A DNA stretch of 64,000 nt, taken from assembly GCA_963848435.1 (NCBI GenBank), contig CAWKDQ010000011.1, forward strand, positions 580,418-644,417, in the 5' to 3' direction. Below, one piece after another: positions 54,754 to 63,008 of this stretch; the stretch's first letter is position 1, and every line of letters begins with the position of its first letter. Position numbers and translations under genes: made by a program. This DNA is from an uncultured Conexibacteraceae bacterium (GTDB lineage: Bacteria > Actinomycetota > Thermoleophilia > Solirubrobacterales > Solirubrobacteraceae). Under the pieces are notes generated by a model, which made no database searches, was not told where the DNA came from, and saw nothing but the letters and a program-made list of their open reading frames with translations.

Positions 54754-55841
54754 GGAACCTGTACGGAACCATGTTCGATGTCGTGCTCACGCGTGTGCCG
54801 CCTGAACGGGCGCACGCACTGGCGCTGAATGGTCTTGATCTGATCGCCGCACGGCCACGTCCGCGCGCCCGGCTACGAGCACTCACGCATGTCGACGACG
54901 AGCTGCTGCGTGTGAGCACGATGGGCCTGACCTTCAGCTCGCCGCTCGGTGTCGCCGCCGGCCTCGACAAGAACGCCGAGCACTTCGAGGGCCTTGGTGC
55001 GCTCGGCTTCGGCTTCGTGGAGGTTGGGACGATCACGCCACGACCGCAGGCGCCCAACCCGGCCCCGATCCTCGCCCGCCTCCCCGGGGACCGCGCCCTG
55101 CTGAATCGGATGGGGTTTCCCAACAAGGGCGCCGAAGCAGCGGCGAGGCGCCTCGCCGGACCACGGTCGCACACAGTTGTGGGGGTCAACATCGGCAAGA
55201 ACCGGGAGACGGCGCTCGACCTTGCTGCAAATGACTATCGTCGCGCCGCGCGGGTACTCGTAGCTCACGCCGACTACCTCGTGCTCAACGTCAGCTCCCC
55301 GAACACCCCCGGGCTGCGGGAGCTCGAATCCGCCCGGCTGCTCGGGCCGCTGGTCGAGGCGGTCCGCGCAGAGGGCCGGGAAACGCCGCTGCTTGTCAAG
55401 ATCAGCCCTGATCTGCGCGATGACGACATCGATGCGGTCGCCGATCTGGCGCTCGAGCTGGAGCTCTCGGGAATCATCGCCACCAACACCACGATCAGCC
55501 GCGAGGGACTGCAGACTCCGGCGGCGGAGGTCGCGGCGCGCGGATGGCCGGAGGGTGGCGGCATCTCCGGGCGGCCACTGAAGGCGCGCTCGCTCGAAGT
55601 GCTGCGGCGCCTGCGGGTGCGCGCGGGCGCGGGACTGGTGTTGATATCGGTGGGCGGAGTCGAGTCGGCTGATGACGTCTGGGAGCGGGTGCTCGCGGGG
55701 GCGACGCTCGTGCAGGCCTACACCGGGTTCGTCTACGGTGGGCCAGCTTGGCCACGTGCGGTGAATCTGGAGCTGGCGCGCCGCGTATGGGACTCAGGCA
55801 ACAGCTCGATCCAGCAGCTCGTGGGCGCTGGAACCAAATAG
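54744..55841 (+). CDS. pyrD: Dihydroorotate dehydrogenase (quinone), class 2
   Basis: [34 protein letters not shown] and SGIIATNTT motifs. Confidence 0.9.
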   Translation: MPVRNLYGTMFDVVLTRVPPERAHALALNGLDLIAARPRPRARLRALTHVDDELLRVSTMGLTFSSPLGVAAGLDKNAEHFEGLGALGFGFVEVGTITPRPQAPNPAPILARLPGDRALLNRMGFPNKGAEAAARRLAGPRSHTVVGVNIGKNRETALDLAANDYRRAARVLVAHADYLVLNVSSPNTPGLRELESARLLGPLVEAVRAEGRETPLLVKISPDLRDDDIDAVADLALELELSGIIATNTTISREGLQTPAAEVAARGWPEGGGISGRPLKARSLEVLRRLRVRAGAGLVLISVGGVESADDVWERVLAGATLVQAYTGFVYGGPAWPRAVNLELARRVWDSGNSSIQQLVGAGTK

Positions 55842-55864
55842 GACACCCAGGAGGTCAAGGTTTC

Positions 55865-56893
55865 ATGCAATTGGGAATGGTTGGGCTCGGGCGCATGGGC
55901 GCCAACATGGTGCGGCGCCTCGTTGGCGATGGGCACGAGCTGGTCGTCTTCGACGTTCAGGCCGATGCGGTGACCGCGCTGGCGTCGGAGACCGGCGCGA
56001 CGGGAGCCGGTTCGCTTGCGGATCTTGTGTCGAAGCTCTCACCGCCGCGAGCGATATGGACGATGGTGCCTGCAGCCTTCACGGACGACACGATCGATCA
56101 GCTGGGACAGATCGTGTCGCCGGGTGATGTCCTGATCGACGGAGGCAACAGCTATTACCGCGATGACATCGCGCGTGCGGAGAAACTCGAGCCACGAGGC
56201 ATCCACTATGTGGACGTGGGCACCAGCGGTGGCGTGTTCGGCCTCGAGCGCGGCTACTGCCTGATGATCGGGGGCACTGATGAGGCCGCGACCATGCTCG
56301 ACCCGATCTTCAAGTCACTTGCGCCGGGTGTAGGTGACGTCGAGCGCACACCCGGCCGCAGCGGCGAGCCTGCGACCGCCGAGCAGGGCTATCTGCACTG
56401 CGGTGCCGCAGGCGCCGGGCACTTCGTGAAGATGGTCCACAACGGCATCGAGTACGGGTTGATGGCCGCCTACGCAGAGGGACTCAACATCCTCCACCAC
56501 GCCAACTTCGGCCAGACCAGCCAGGAGAAGGACGCCGAGACGGCACCGGTGACCGACGCCGAGCGCAACTACGCATACGACCTCGATATCGCAGCGGTCG
56601 CCGAGGTCTGGCGGCGTGGCAGCGTGGTTGCGTCGTGGCTGCTTGACCTGACGGCGACCGCGCTGGTCGAGTCGCCGCAGCTGTCGGATTTCACAGGTCG
56701 GGTATCGGACTCCGGTGAGGGTCGCTGGACCGTCGAGGCCGCCGTGGACGAGGGCGTGCCGGCGCACGTGATCTCGGCCGCGCTGTTCAACCGCTTCAGC
56801 TCACGCGGACCGGCGGACTACGGCAACAAGCTGCTGTCGGCCATGCGCAAGCAGTTCGGTGGGCACCAGGAGAAGACCGTCGCCGGCCTGTAG
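55865..56893 (+). CDS. Short-form 6-phosphogluconate dehydrogenase-like protein (YqeC/GntZ type)
   Basis: ATG at 55865 follows [21 protein letters not shown] Rossmann motif and [16 protein letters not shown]. The listed ORF start (55748) overlaps pyrD and was trimmed. Confidence 0.85.
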   Translation: MQLGMVGLGRMGANMVRRLVGDGHELVVFDVQADAVTALASETGATGAGSLADLVSKLSPPRAIWTMVPAAFTDDTIDQLGQIVSPGDVLIDGGNSYYRDDIARAEKLEPRGIHYVDVGTSGGVFGLERGYCLMIGGTDEAATMLDPIFKSLAPGVGDVERTPGRSGEPATAEQGYLHCGAAGAGHFVKMVHNGIEYGLMAAYAEGLNILHHANFGQTSQEKDAETAPVTDAERNYAYDLDIAAVAEVWRRGSVVASWLLDLTATALVESPQLSDFTGRVSDSGEGRWTVEAAVDEGVPAHVISAALFNRFSSRGPADYGNKLLSAMRKQFGGHQEKTVAGL

Positions 56894-56973
56894 CCGCCGG
56901 TTCCAGCATTCGCATCAGCAGCGCGTGGCAGGCCAGCCGGGCGAGAGAATCCGGTCTGGTTTAGGCTGCCGGA

Positions 56974-58410
56974 ATGACATCGGAACCCCACTTCGGCCTC
57001 ACCGGCCTGGCAACGATGGGGGCGAACCTCGCGCGCAACGTTGCCCACCACGACATCCCCGTCGCCGTCCACAACCGCACCACCAGCCGCACGGATGCGT
57101 TCATCGCCGAGCACGGCGACGAAGGTCCGCTGACCGCTCACGACTCCGTGGCCAGCTGGGTCGGCGCGCTGGCGCGGCCGCGCGTGCTGATGAGTATGGT
57201 CCAGGCCGGAGCGGCGACCGATGCTGTGATTGACGAGATCGTGCCGCACCTCGATCCCGGGGATGTCCTGATCGACGGCGGCAACGCGAACTTCCGTGAC
57301 ACGCAGCGGCGCCACCAGGCGATCAGCGCCCACGGGGTGCACTTTCTCGGGTCCGGAGTATCCGGCGGTGAGGAGGGTGCACTCAACGGTCCGAGCATCA
57401 TGCCGGGCGGCGACCGGGCTCCCTACGAGGAGTCTGTGAGGCCGATCTTCGAGGCGATCGCCGCGCAGGTCGACGGCACTCCGTGCTGCACATATGTGGG
57501 CCCGGATGGCGCCGGTCACTACGTGAAGATGGTGCACAACGGGATCGAGTACGCCGACATGCAGCTGATCGCGGAGAGCTATGACCTCCTGCGTCATGCC
57601 GCGGGACTCGAGGTGCCTGAGATAGCGACGCAGTTCCAGCGCTGGAACGAGTCCGAGCTCGAGTCGTTTCTGATCGAGATCTCTGCCCGCGTGCTGGCCA
57701 CGACCGACGCGGCGACCGGCCAGCCGCTGGTCGACGTGATCCTCGACGCCGCCGGGCAGAAGGGCACCGGGCGGTGGACCGCCCAGGACGCACTCGAACG
57801 GGGTATTCCGCTCACCGGGATCACCGAGGCTGTATTCGCGCGGTCGTTGAGCGCGTTGAAATCCGAGCGGGTCGCTGCTGCGGATCGTCTCGCCGGTCCC
57901 TCGGGCCGCGCGGGCGGACCGGACGCGACGCTAGCGGAGGACCTCGGTCACGCGCTCTACGCGTCCAAGATCGTCTCCTACGCACAGGGTTTCGCGCAGA
58001 TGGCGGCTGCCTCCGAGACTGAGGGTTGGCACCTCGACCTCGGCGCCATGGCGACGATCTGGCGGGGTGGCTGCATCATCCGAGCCCGGTTCCTGGACCG
58101 CATCCGCGAGGCCTACGACGCTGAGCCGGATCTGGCGAACCTGATGCTCGCGGAGTTCTTCGCCGAGGCGCTGCAGCGTGCCCAGGATCCATGGCGACGG
58201 GTCGTTGCTCGCGCCGCGGAGATCGGGATCCCTACGCCGGCCTTCTCCTCCTCGCTGGCCTACTACGACGGCTACCGGCGAGCCCGCGGGCCTGCGAGCC
58301 TGATCCAGGGCCTGCGTGACCTGTTCGGGGCGCACACCTACCAGCGGGTTGATCGCGAAGGTGCGTTCCACATCGCCTGGAGTGGCGACGGCTCCGAGGT
58401 TCAGCTGTAA
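56974..58410 (+). CDS. gnd: 6-phosphogluconate dehydrogenase, decarboxylating (long form)
   Basis: 478 aa with [33 protein letters not shown] and GTGRWT motifs. Confidence 0.92.
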   Translation: MTSEPHFGLTGLATMGANLARNVAHHDIPVAVHNRTTSRTDAFIAEHGDEGPLTAHDSVASWVGALARPRVLMSMVQAGAATDAVIDEIVPHLDPGDVLIDGGNANFRDTQRRHQAISAHGVHFLGSGVSGGEEGALNGPSIMPGGDRAPYEESVRPIFEAIAAQVDGTPCCTYVGPDGAGHYVKMVHNGIEYADMQLIAESYDLLRHAAGLEVPEIATQFQRWNESELESFLIEISARVLATTDAATGQPLVDVILDAAGQKGTGRWTAQDALERGIPLTGITEAVFARSLSALKSERVAAADRLAGPSGRAGGPDATLAEDLGHALYASKIVSYAQGFAQMAAASETEGWHLDLGAMATIWRGGCIIRARFLDRIREAYDAEPDLANLMLAEFFAEALQRAQDPWRRVVARAAEIGIPTPAFSSSLAYYDGYRRARGPASLIQGLRDLFGAHTYQRVDREGAFHIAWSGDGSEVQL

Positions 58411-58421
58411 TACCCTCGACA

Positions 58422-58494
58422 GGGCGGTTAGCTCAGTTGGTAGAGCGCCTGCTTTACACGCAGGATGTCGGGGGTTCGAGCCCCTCACCGCCCA
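58422..58494 (+). tRNA. tRNA-Val (anticodon TAC)
   Basis: Acceptor GGGCGGT/ACCGCCC, D arm GCTC-AGTTGGTA-GAGC, anticodon arm CCTGC-TTTACAC-GCAGG, T arm GGGGG-TTCGAGC-CCCTC, discriminator A. Confidence 0.9.
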
Positions 58495-58495
58495 T
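58452..58495. repeat. Direct repeat copy 1 (attL-like) inside tRNA-Val
   Basis: 44 bp matching 62696..62739 at 42 of 44 positions. Confidence 0.8.
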
Positions 58496-59262
58496 CGTCG
58501 GATCGCCAGTAGTAGTAGGCGACCCGTTGCGGCGCCGCGCTCGGCAGTCAGCCGGTGAGGCTGCATGGAAGCTCTTGCCTTGCAGATCGCGCAGCGCCCG
58601 TTCTGCTCCCGGTGGAGCCGCAGGGCGGTGAGGTTGATCGGCAGGGGCGCTTTGCGTCGTCGCCAGGCCCAGTAGTCGACCAGCCGGGGTCATCGGGTGA
58701 TGCCCGGTGGCGGACGCAAAGGCGACGAACCGTGTCGGTTGCCGTGACGGGTCAGACCGAAAGCCGCCGCCTGACCTCACATCTGTCGCACCGTCGAAAC
58801 GTCGTGCCCCGTCAGGAGTCCACCCGGTGTGTTCGTAAAAGGCGACCGCCCGGAAGTCGGCCTCTAGATCTAGAACCCAAAGCGTGGCCCAGGTATTGGC
58901 TTGCGCGGCCAGCTCCGATAGCGCCCGATCGACGAGCGCTCGGCCAACGCCTTTTCGCTGCTGCCCGGGGGGCACGTATAGACGTAGGATCTCGCCGACC
59001 TCAGCAGGATCGTCGTCCTCGTCCTCGGTACTCCCGAACTGGCAGAAGCCGATCAGACTCGAGGTGGGATCACGCGCGAGGAGCACCCCACCGCCTGCAA
59101 ACCGCTGCGCAACGATGAGCTGCTGCCAATCGCGGTGTCTGTGAGCTTCCAACTGGTACTTGAAGAACTCGGTAGCAACGAGGTCCGCGTATGTCGCTGC
59201 CCAGGTCTCGCAGTGCACGGCGCGAACCGCTTGCGCATCCGTGATCGCGGCCCTTGCCGCCA
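58454..59262 (-). CDS. GNAT-family acetyltransferase with an aberrant tail of about 100 aa that reads antisense through attL and tRNA-Val
   Basis: GNAT core ...LYVPPGQQRKGVGRALVDRAL...AFYEHTGWTPDG. Proposed TTG start at 59262. After ...RFDGATDV the translation is low-complexity. The first stop (TAA) lies on the tRNA anticodon loop. Confidence 0.55.
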
Positions 59263-59363
59263 ACGCGATAGGGCATTCGCCCGATGCGGCCGCACGCGGC
59301 CAAGAGCAGACTCCTGCCAACACCGGAGCCGCCTGGAGGCTCCAGCCAAACAAGGAGATCAGC

Positions 59364-59636
59364 ATGCTGCTGGCAACGACAGAGGTTGAGGACTTCGACC
59401 GCTTCACCAACATCTTTTCCACCAAGGGCGCCGAGAAGCGTAAGCAGCACGGCTCAAAGGGCTCCTGGGTGTTCCGCGACCCCACCGACGACAGGCGCGC
59501 GTGGGTGATCTTCGACTGGGACCTCGACGGTTGGAAAGCCTTCGCCACGGACCCGGAGGTCCCGGCGATCCTGCAGGAGGCCGGCCACCAGGGTCGCCCG
59601 CAGGTCCCCGAGTTCAGCGGTCACTACGAGGCGTAG
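59364..59636 (+). CDS. Small hypothetical protein (possibly a dimeric alpha+beta barrel)
   Basis: ATG at 59364 follows AAGGAGA. 90 aa: MLLATTEVEDFDRFTNIFSTKGAEKRKQHG... Confidence 0.5.
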   Translation: MLLATTEVEDFDRFTNIFSTKGAEKRKQHGSKGSWVFRDPTDDRRAWVIFDWDLDGWKAFATDPEVPAILQEAGHQGRPQVPEFSGHYEA

Positions 59637-59645
59637 GGACACGCC

Positions 59646-60755
59646 ATGACTGACACCATCAAGGTCGGAGTGATCGCCGATCAGAGCGGCCCACTCGCGC
59701 CGCTGGGAGGCGCCCAGGCCAACACCGCGGTGCTGGTCGTCGACGACATCAACGCGGCCGGGGGCATCCTTGGCCGGCGGGTGGAGCTGATCATCGAGGA
59801 CAGCGCAAGCGACGACCCCCAGGCCGCTGTGAAGGCCGCCAAGCTCGTGCAGCAGGACAACGTCGCCGTGGTTCTGGGCGGCATCTTCAGCTCGACCAGG
59901 CAGGCGATCAAGACCTCCGCGGTCGAGGAGGGCGCAACCCTCTACATCTACCCCGAGCAGTACGAGGGGCAGGAGTACGACCCGCTGCTTTTCTGCACCG
60001 GGGCGGTTCCGGCCCAGCAGGTTGAGCCGTTGATCCCATGGCTGATGCAGCGCAGCGGCGCTCGCCGGTTCTATCTGCCCTCGGCCGACTACATCTGGCC
60101 ACGCGTGATGAACCGCAAGCTGCACGAGGTCGCATCGGCCAACGGCGGCGAGGTCGTGGGCGAGGAGTACTTCCCGATCGATCACGAGGATTGGGCGCAG
60201 ACCGTCGAGCAGATCAATGCCCGCGGCACGCAGGTCGTCTTCAACACCACCGTTCCACCCGGAAGCTTCCCGTTCCTCGGGGCGCTCGCCGAATCGGGCT
60301 TCACCAGCCGCGGCGGAATTGTCGTGACGACCTACTTCGAGGAGAACCTGCTCGGCGCGCTGCCGCCCGCGCTGACCGACGGCCTGTATGCGTGCATGGA
60401 CTACTACCAGTCCGTGAGCGATCCGTTCAGCAGGCGGCTGCTTGAGCGCTATAACGCGCGCTTTCCGCAGGGCCCGCAGTTCAGTGGCGGCAGCGGCTCC
60501 ACCGGCATGTACCGCGGCTTGAAGCTGTGGGAGGCGGCAGTCACCGAGGCGGGCACGCTCGACCAGGACGCCGTGATCATGGCGCTTGACCACGCCTCGA
60601 TTGCGGAGGGCCCGGGTGGGCCGGCCGCGATGGTCCCGGGCCAGCATCACGTCGCCATGAACATGTACGTCGCGCAGGTCCGTGGAGGCGCTCTCGAAGT
60701 CGTCGAGAGTCTCGGCACGCTGGAACCGAAAGAGCACATGCAGGTGGTCGCTTAG
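59646..60755 (+). CDS. AmiC-like (type I periplasmic-binding-fold) ligand-binding protein without a signal peptide
   Basis: Close resemblance to Pseudomonas AmiC as I recall it (YPEQYEGQEYDP vs YPTPYEGFEYSP; SADYIWPR vs GSDYIYPR; VVFNTTV vs VVFSTVV). The N-terminus MTDTIKVGVIADQSG has no hydrophobic leader. Confidence 0.82.
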   Translation: MTDTIKVGVIADQSGPLAPLGGAQANTAVLVVDDINAAGGILGRRVELIIEDSASDDPQAAVKAAKLVQQDNVAVVLGGIFSSTRQAIKTSAVEEGATLYIYPEQYEGQEYDPLLFCTGAVPAQQVEPLIPWLMQRSGARRFYLPSADYIWPRVMNRKLHEVASANGGEVVGEEYFPIDHEDWAQTVEQINARGTQVVFNTTVPPGSFPFLGALAESGFTSRGGIVVTTYFEENLLGALPPALTDGLYACMDYYQSVSDPFSRRLLERYNARFPQGPQFSGGSGSTGMYRGLKLWEAAVTEAGTLDQDAVIMALDHASIAEGPGGPAAMVPGQHHVAMNMYVAQVRGGALEVVESLGTLEPKEHMQVVA

Positions 60756-60847
60756 CTGTAGCTGGGGAGCCGCCCCGCTTGGCGGCTCCCCTCTGTCTGA
60801 AGGCTCCGGCGCCCTCGCGACTGTGCAGACGGGATAGGATCCTCGCG

Positions 60848-62443
60848 ATGGCCGCGGGGCCTCCAACATCGCACGAGTTGCCGGCCGCCGGCGTGCGGGT
60901 ACGCGCGTCCGAGGTGATCGGGGCGATGTCGATCGCCACCGACCTCGGCACTGGTCAGCCGCTTGAGCACGCGCTGCGGACCGCGATCCTAGCGGTGCGT
61001 CTTGGTGAGCTCGCCGAGCTGTCACCCCAGGAACTGTGCGACGCGTACTACGTCGCTCTGCTGCACTCGATCGGCTGCACCTCGGATGCGACCGAACAGA
61101 CCGAGCTGTTCGGTGACGACATCGGGCCGCGTGCCAAGTTCGCACTCGTCGACGGCGGCAATCCGCAGGAGGTCGCCGCGTTCCTGACCGACGTCGTCGG
61201 GCAGGGCCGGCCGCCTCAAGTCCGTGAGCAGATGATCGCCCACGCGCTCGAGCACGCGCTTGACATCGCCCGTGGCACCTTCGCGTTGCACTGTGAGATC
61301 GCTCAGCGTTTTGCCGGCTGGCTCGGGTTCGGTGACGGCGTGATCGCCAACCTGGCCTTTGTCTTCGAGCGCTGGGACGGAAACGGCTTCCCTGGACTGG
61401 CGGCGGGCGAGGGGATCGCGCTGCCGGCCCGTGTGCTGCACGTCGCGCGCGACATCTCGGTGTTCCTATCGGCCGAAGGAGCGCAGCGTGCCGTCGAAGT
61501 GATCGGCCATCGTTCGGGCGGGGCTTATGACCCGCGTCTGGCCGCGCTCGCCGCGGCGCACATCGATGAGTTGCTCGCCGGTCTCGATGATGCTGTGATC
61601 TGGGAGCAGGCGATGGCCGCTGAACCGGCAGCGCAACGCTGGATGGGTGCGGAGCAGATCGATGCTGCCTTCCGCGTCATTGGGACATTCGCCGATCTCA
61701 AGTCCTACTGGCTACGCGGGCACGCGGAGGGCACAAGCCAACTCGCCGAGGCGGCCGCTTGGAGACTCGGCCTGCCCGAGGATGAGGTCGCAACGGTGCG
61801 ATGGGCCGCCCTCGCGCTCGACCTCGGGAGGGTCGCGGTGTCCAACGCGATCTGGGAGCGGCCGGGGCCGTTTGGGCTCACCGACTGGGAGCGTGTCCGT
61901 CTGCACCCCTACTACACGGAGCGTTCGTTCGCCCACTCACCCGCGCTCGCACCTATCGGTGAGCTGGCAGGGTCCCACCATGAGCGCCTTGACGGAGGCG
62001 GGTACCACCGCACAACCGGGGCAGCCGGGTTATCACGAGCAGCGCGAATCCTCGCGGCTGCCGACTCCTACCAGGCGATGCTCGAGCCGCGTCCACACAG
62101 AGCGGGACTCGATGCTGCCGCCGCCGAGGCCGAGCTACAGCGGGAGGCCCAACACGGTCGCCTCTGCTCGGAGGCCGTCGACGCCGTGCTGGCGGCCGCC
62201 GGCCACCGCGTCGTCAAGCGGCCGCGCGTGCTCCCCGCCGGGTTGACCGACCGCGAGCTCGAAGTGCTGCTCGCGCTCGCCTGCGGGAAGACCAACCGGG
62301 AGATCGCCGAGCAGCTCGGGATCTCAACAAAGACGGCCGGACATCACGTCCAGCACATACTCGACAAGACCGGCGCGCGCACCAGGACCGCTGCAACCGT
62401 CTGGGCGTACGAGCAGAAACTGGTGCCACTCGTTCAGCCCTAG
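60848..62443 (+). CDS. Regulator with two degenerate HD-GYP-like domains and a C-terminal LuxR HTH; start approximate
   Basis: Domain 1: LLHSIGC ... FERWDGNGFPG. Domain 2: ALDLGRV ... HHERLDGGGYHR. C-terminus LTDRELEVLLALACGKTNREIAEQLGISTKTAGHHVQHILDKTG. Confidence 0.8.
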   Translation: MAAGPPTSHELPAAGVRVRASEVIGAMSIATDLGTGQPLEHALRTAILAVRLGELAELSPQELCDAYYVALLHSIGCTSDATEQTELFGDDIGPRAKFALVDGGNPQEVAAFLTDVVGQGRPPQVREQMIAHALEHALDIARGTFALHCEIAQRFAGWLGFGDGVIANLAFVFERWDGNGFPGLAAGEGIALPARVLHVARDISVFLSAEGAQRAVEVIGHRSGGAYDPRLAALAAAHIDELLAGLDDAVIWEQAMAAEPAAQRWMGAEQIDAAFRVIGTFADLKSYWLRGHAEGTSQLAEAAAWRLGLPEDEVATVRWAALALDLGRVAVSNAIWERPGPFGLTDWERVRLHPYYTERSFAHSPALAPIGELAGSHHERLDGGGYHRTTGAAGLSRAARILAAADSYQAMLEPRPHRAGLDAAAAEAELQREAQHGRLCSEAVDAVLAAAGHRVVKRPRVLPAGLTDRELEVLLALACGKTNREIAEQLGISTKTAGHHVQHILDKTGARTRTAATVWAYEQKLVPLVQP

Positions 62444-62695
62444 GCCTCCGCGCTCGGCGCGCAGCCGCATGCGCGCTATCGCTTCCACCAGCCGTCCTTG
62501 GTCGCCACTGGCGAGTCCCTTGGCGACATCTGAAGTGTCAGGCCGCCGCGGGTCTGGCGGCATGCGAGCGATGGAAGCCTGATGGAAGCCTCGACGACCG
62601 CTATCGCACCGTCAGGATGTCCGCAGCTGCACTGGCTGGCCCATAGTTGCGCCTCTCTTGATGCCTCACCCCTCAGCCGCCAGTCGTCGCCCGCT

Positions 62696-62739
62696 CTTTA
62701 CACGCAGGATGTCGGCGGTTCGAGCCCGTCACCGCCCAT
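62696..62739. repeat. Direct repeat copy 2 (attR-like): 3' fragment of a tRNA-Val variant
   Basis: ctttacacgcaggatgtcggCggttcgagcccGtcaccgcccat. The two differences from the intact gene fall on paired T-stem positions 51 and 63. Confidence 0.8.
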
Positions 62740-63008
62740 ACAGTTCTTGCCTGCAAAACGGCAGATTCCGAGAACCACGGTGGAGAGCGGGTTCCGATTC
62801 GCTACCACGGTTCAGCCGCATAGTCGTGTCGGCCACCAAGGCATGACGGCGGCATCGACCGGTGAAGCCGTAAGGCGCAAAGACCGTCCGGGCCCTCCCT
62901 CGCCGCGTGAGTCCTTCGCGATCGTCGGTGGGACTCCAGTTCTTGAGTGTTGACCCGTGCGTCGTCGTCTCATAGAGTCGCGCTTCTCCCGTATGAGGAG
63001 CCGATTCC

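Larger units (their letters stand above)
58452..62739. mobile_element. About 4.3-kb tRNA-Val-anchored insertion remnant with no mobility genes
   Basis: Direct repeat of the tRNA 3' part with two compensatory T-stem differences. The content is accessory-like: GNAT, small alpha+beta protein, AmiC-like binding protein and HD-GYP/LuxR regulator. Confidence 0.4.

Noticed and set aside
55748-55864. An N-terminal extension of the short 6PGDH-like gene that overlaps pyrD by about 90 nt.
   Set aside because: The Rossmann fold starts at the ATG at 55865 behind AGGAGG. The extension is Arg/Gly-rich and out of character.
58437-58631. ORFs 58437..58631 and 62582..62953 sharing the peptide YTQDVGGSSPSPPI, and ORFs 8316..8564 and 17970..18587 spanning the Lys sequences, as a possible duplicated small gene.
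   Set aside because: The shared peptide is just the translation of the duplicated tRNA-Val 3' part. The same holds for the tRNA-Lys repeat. These are not coding.
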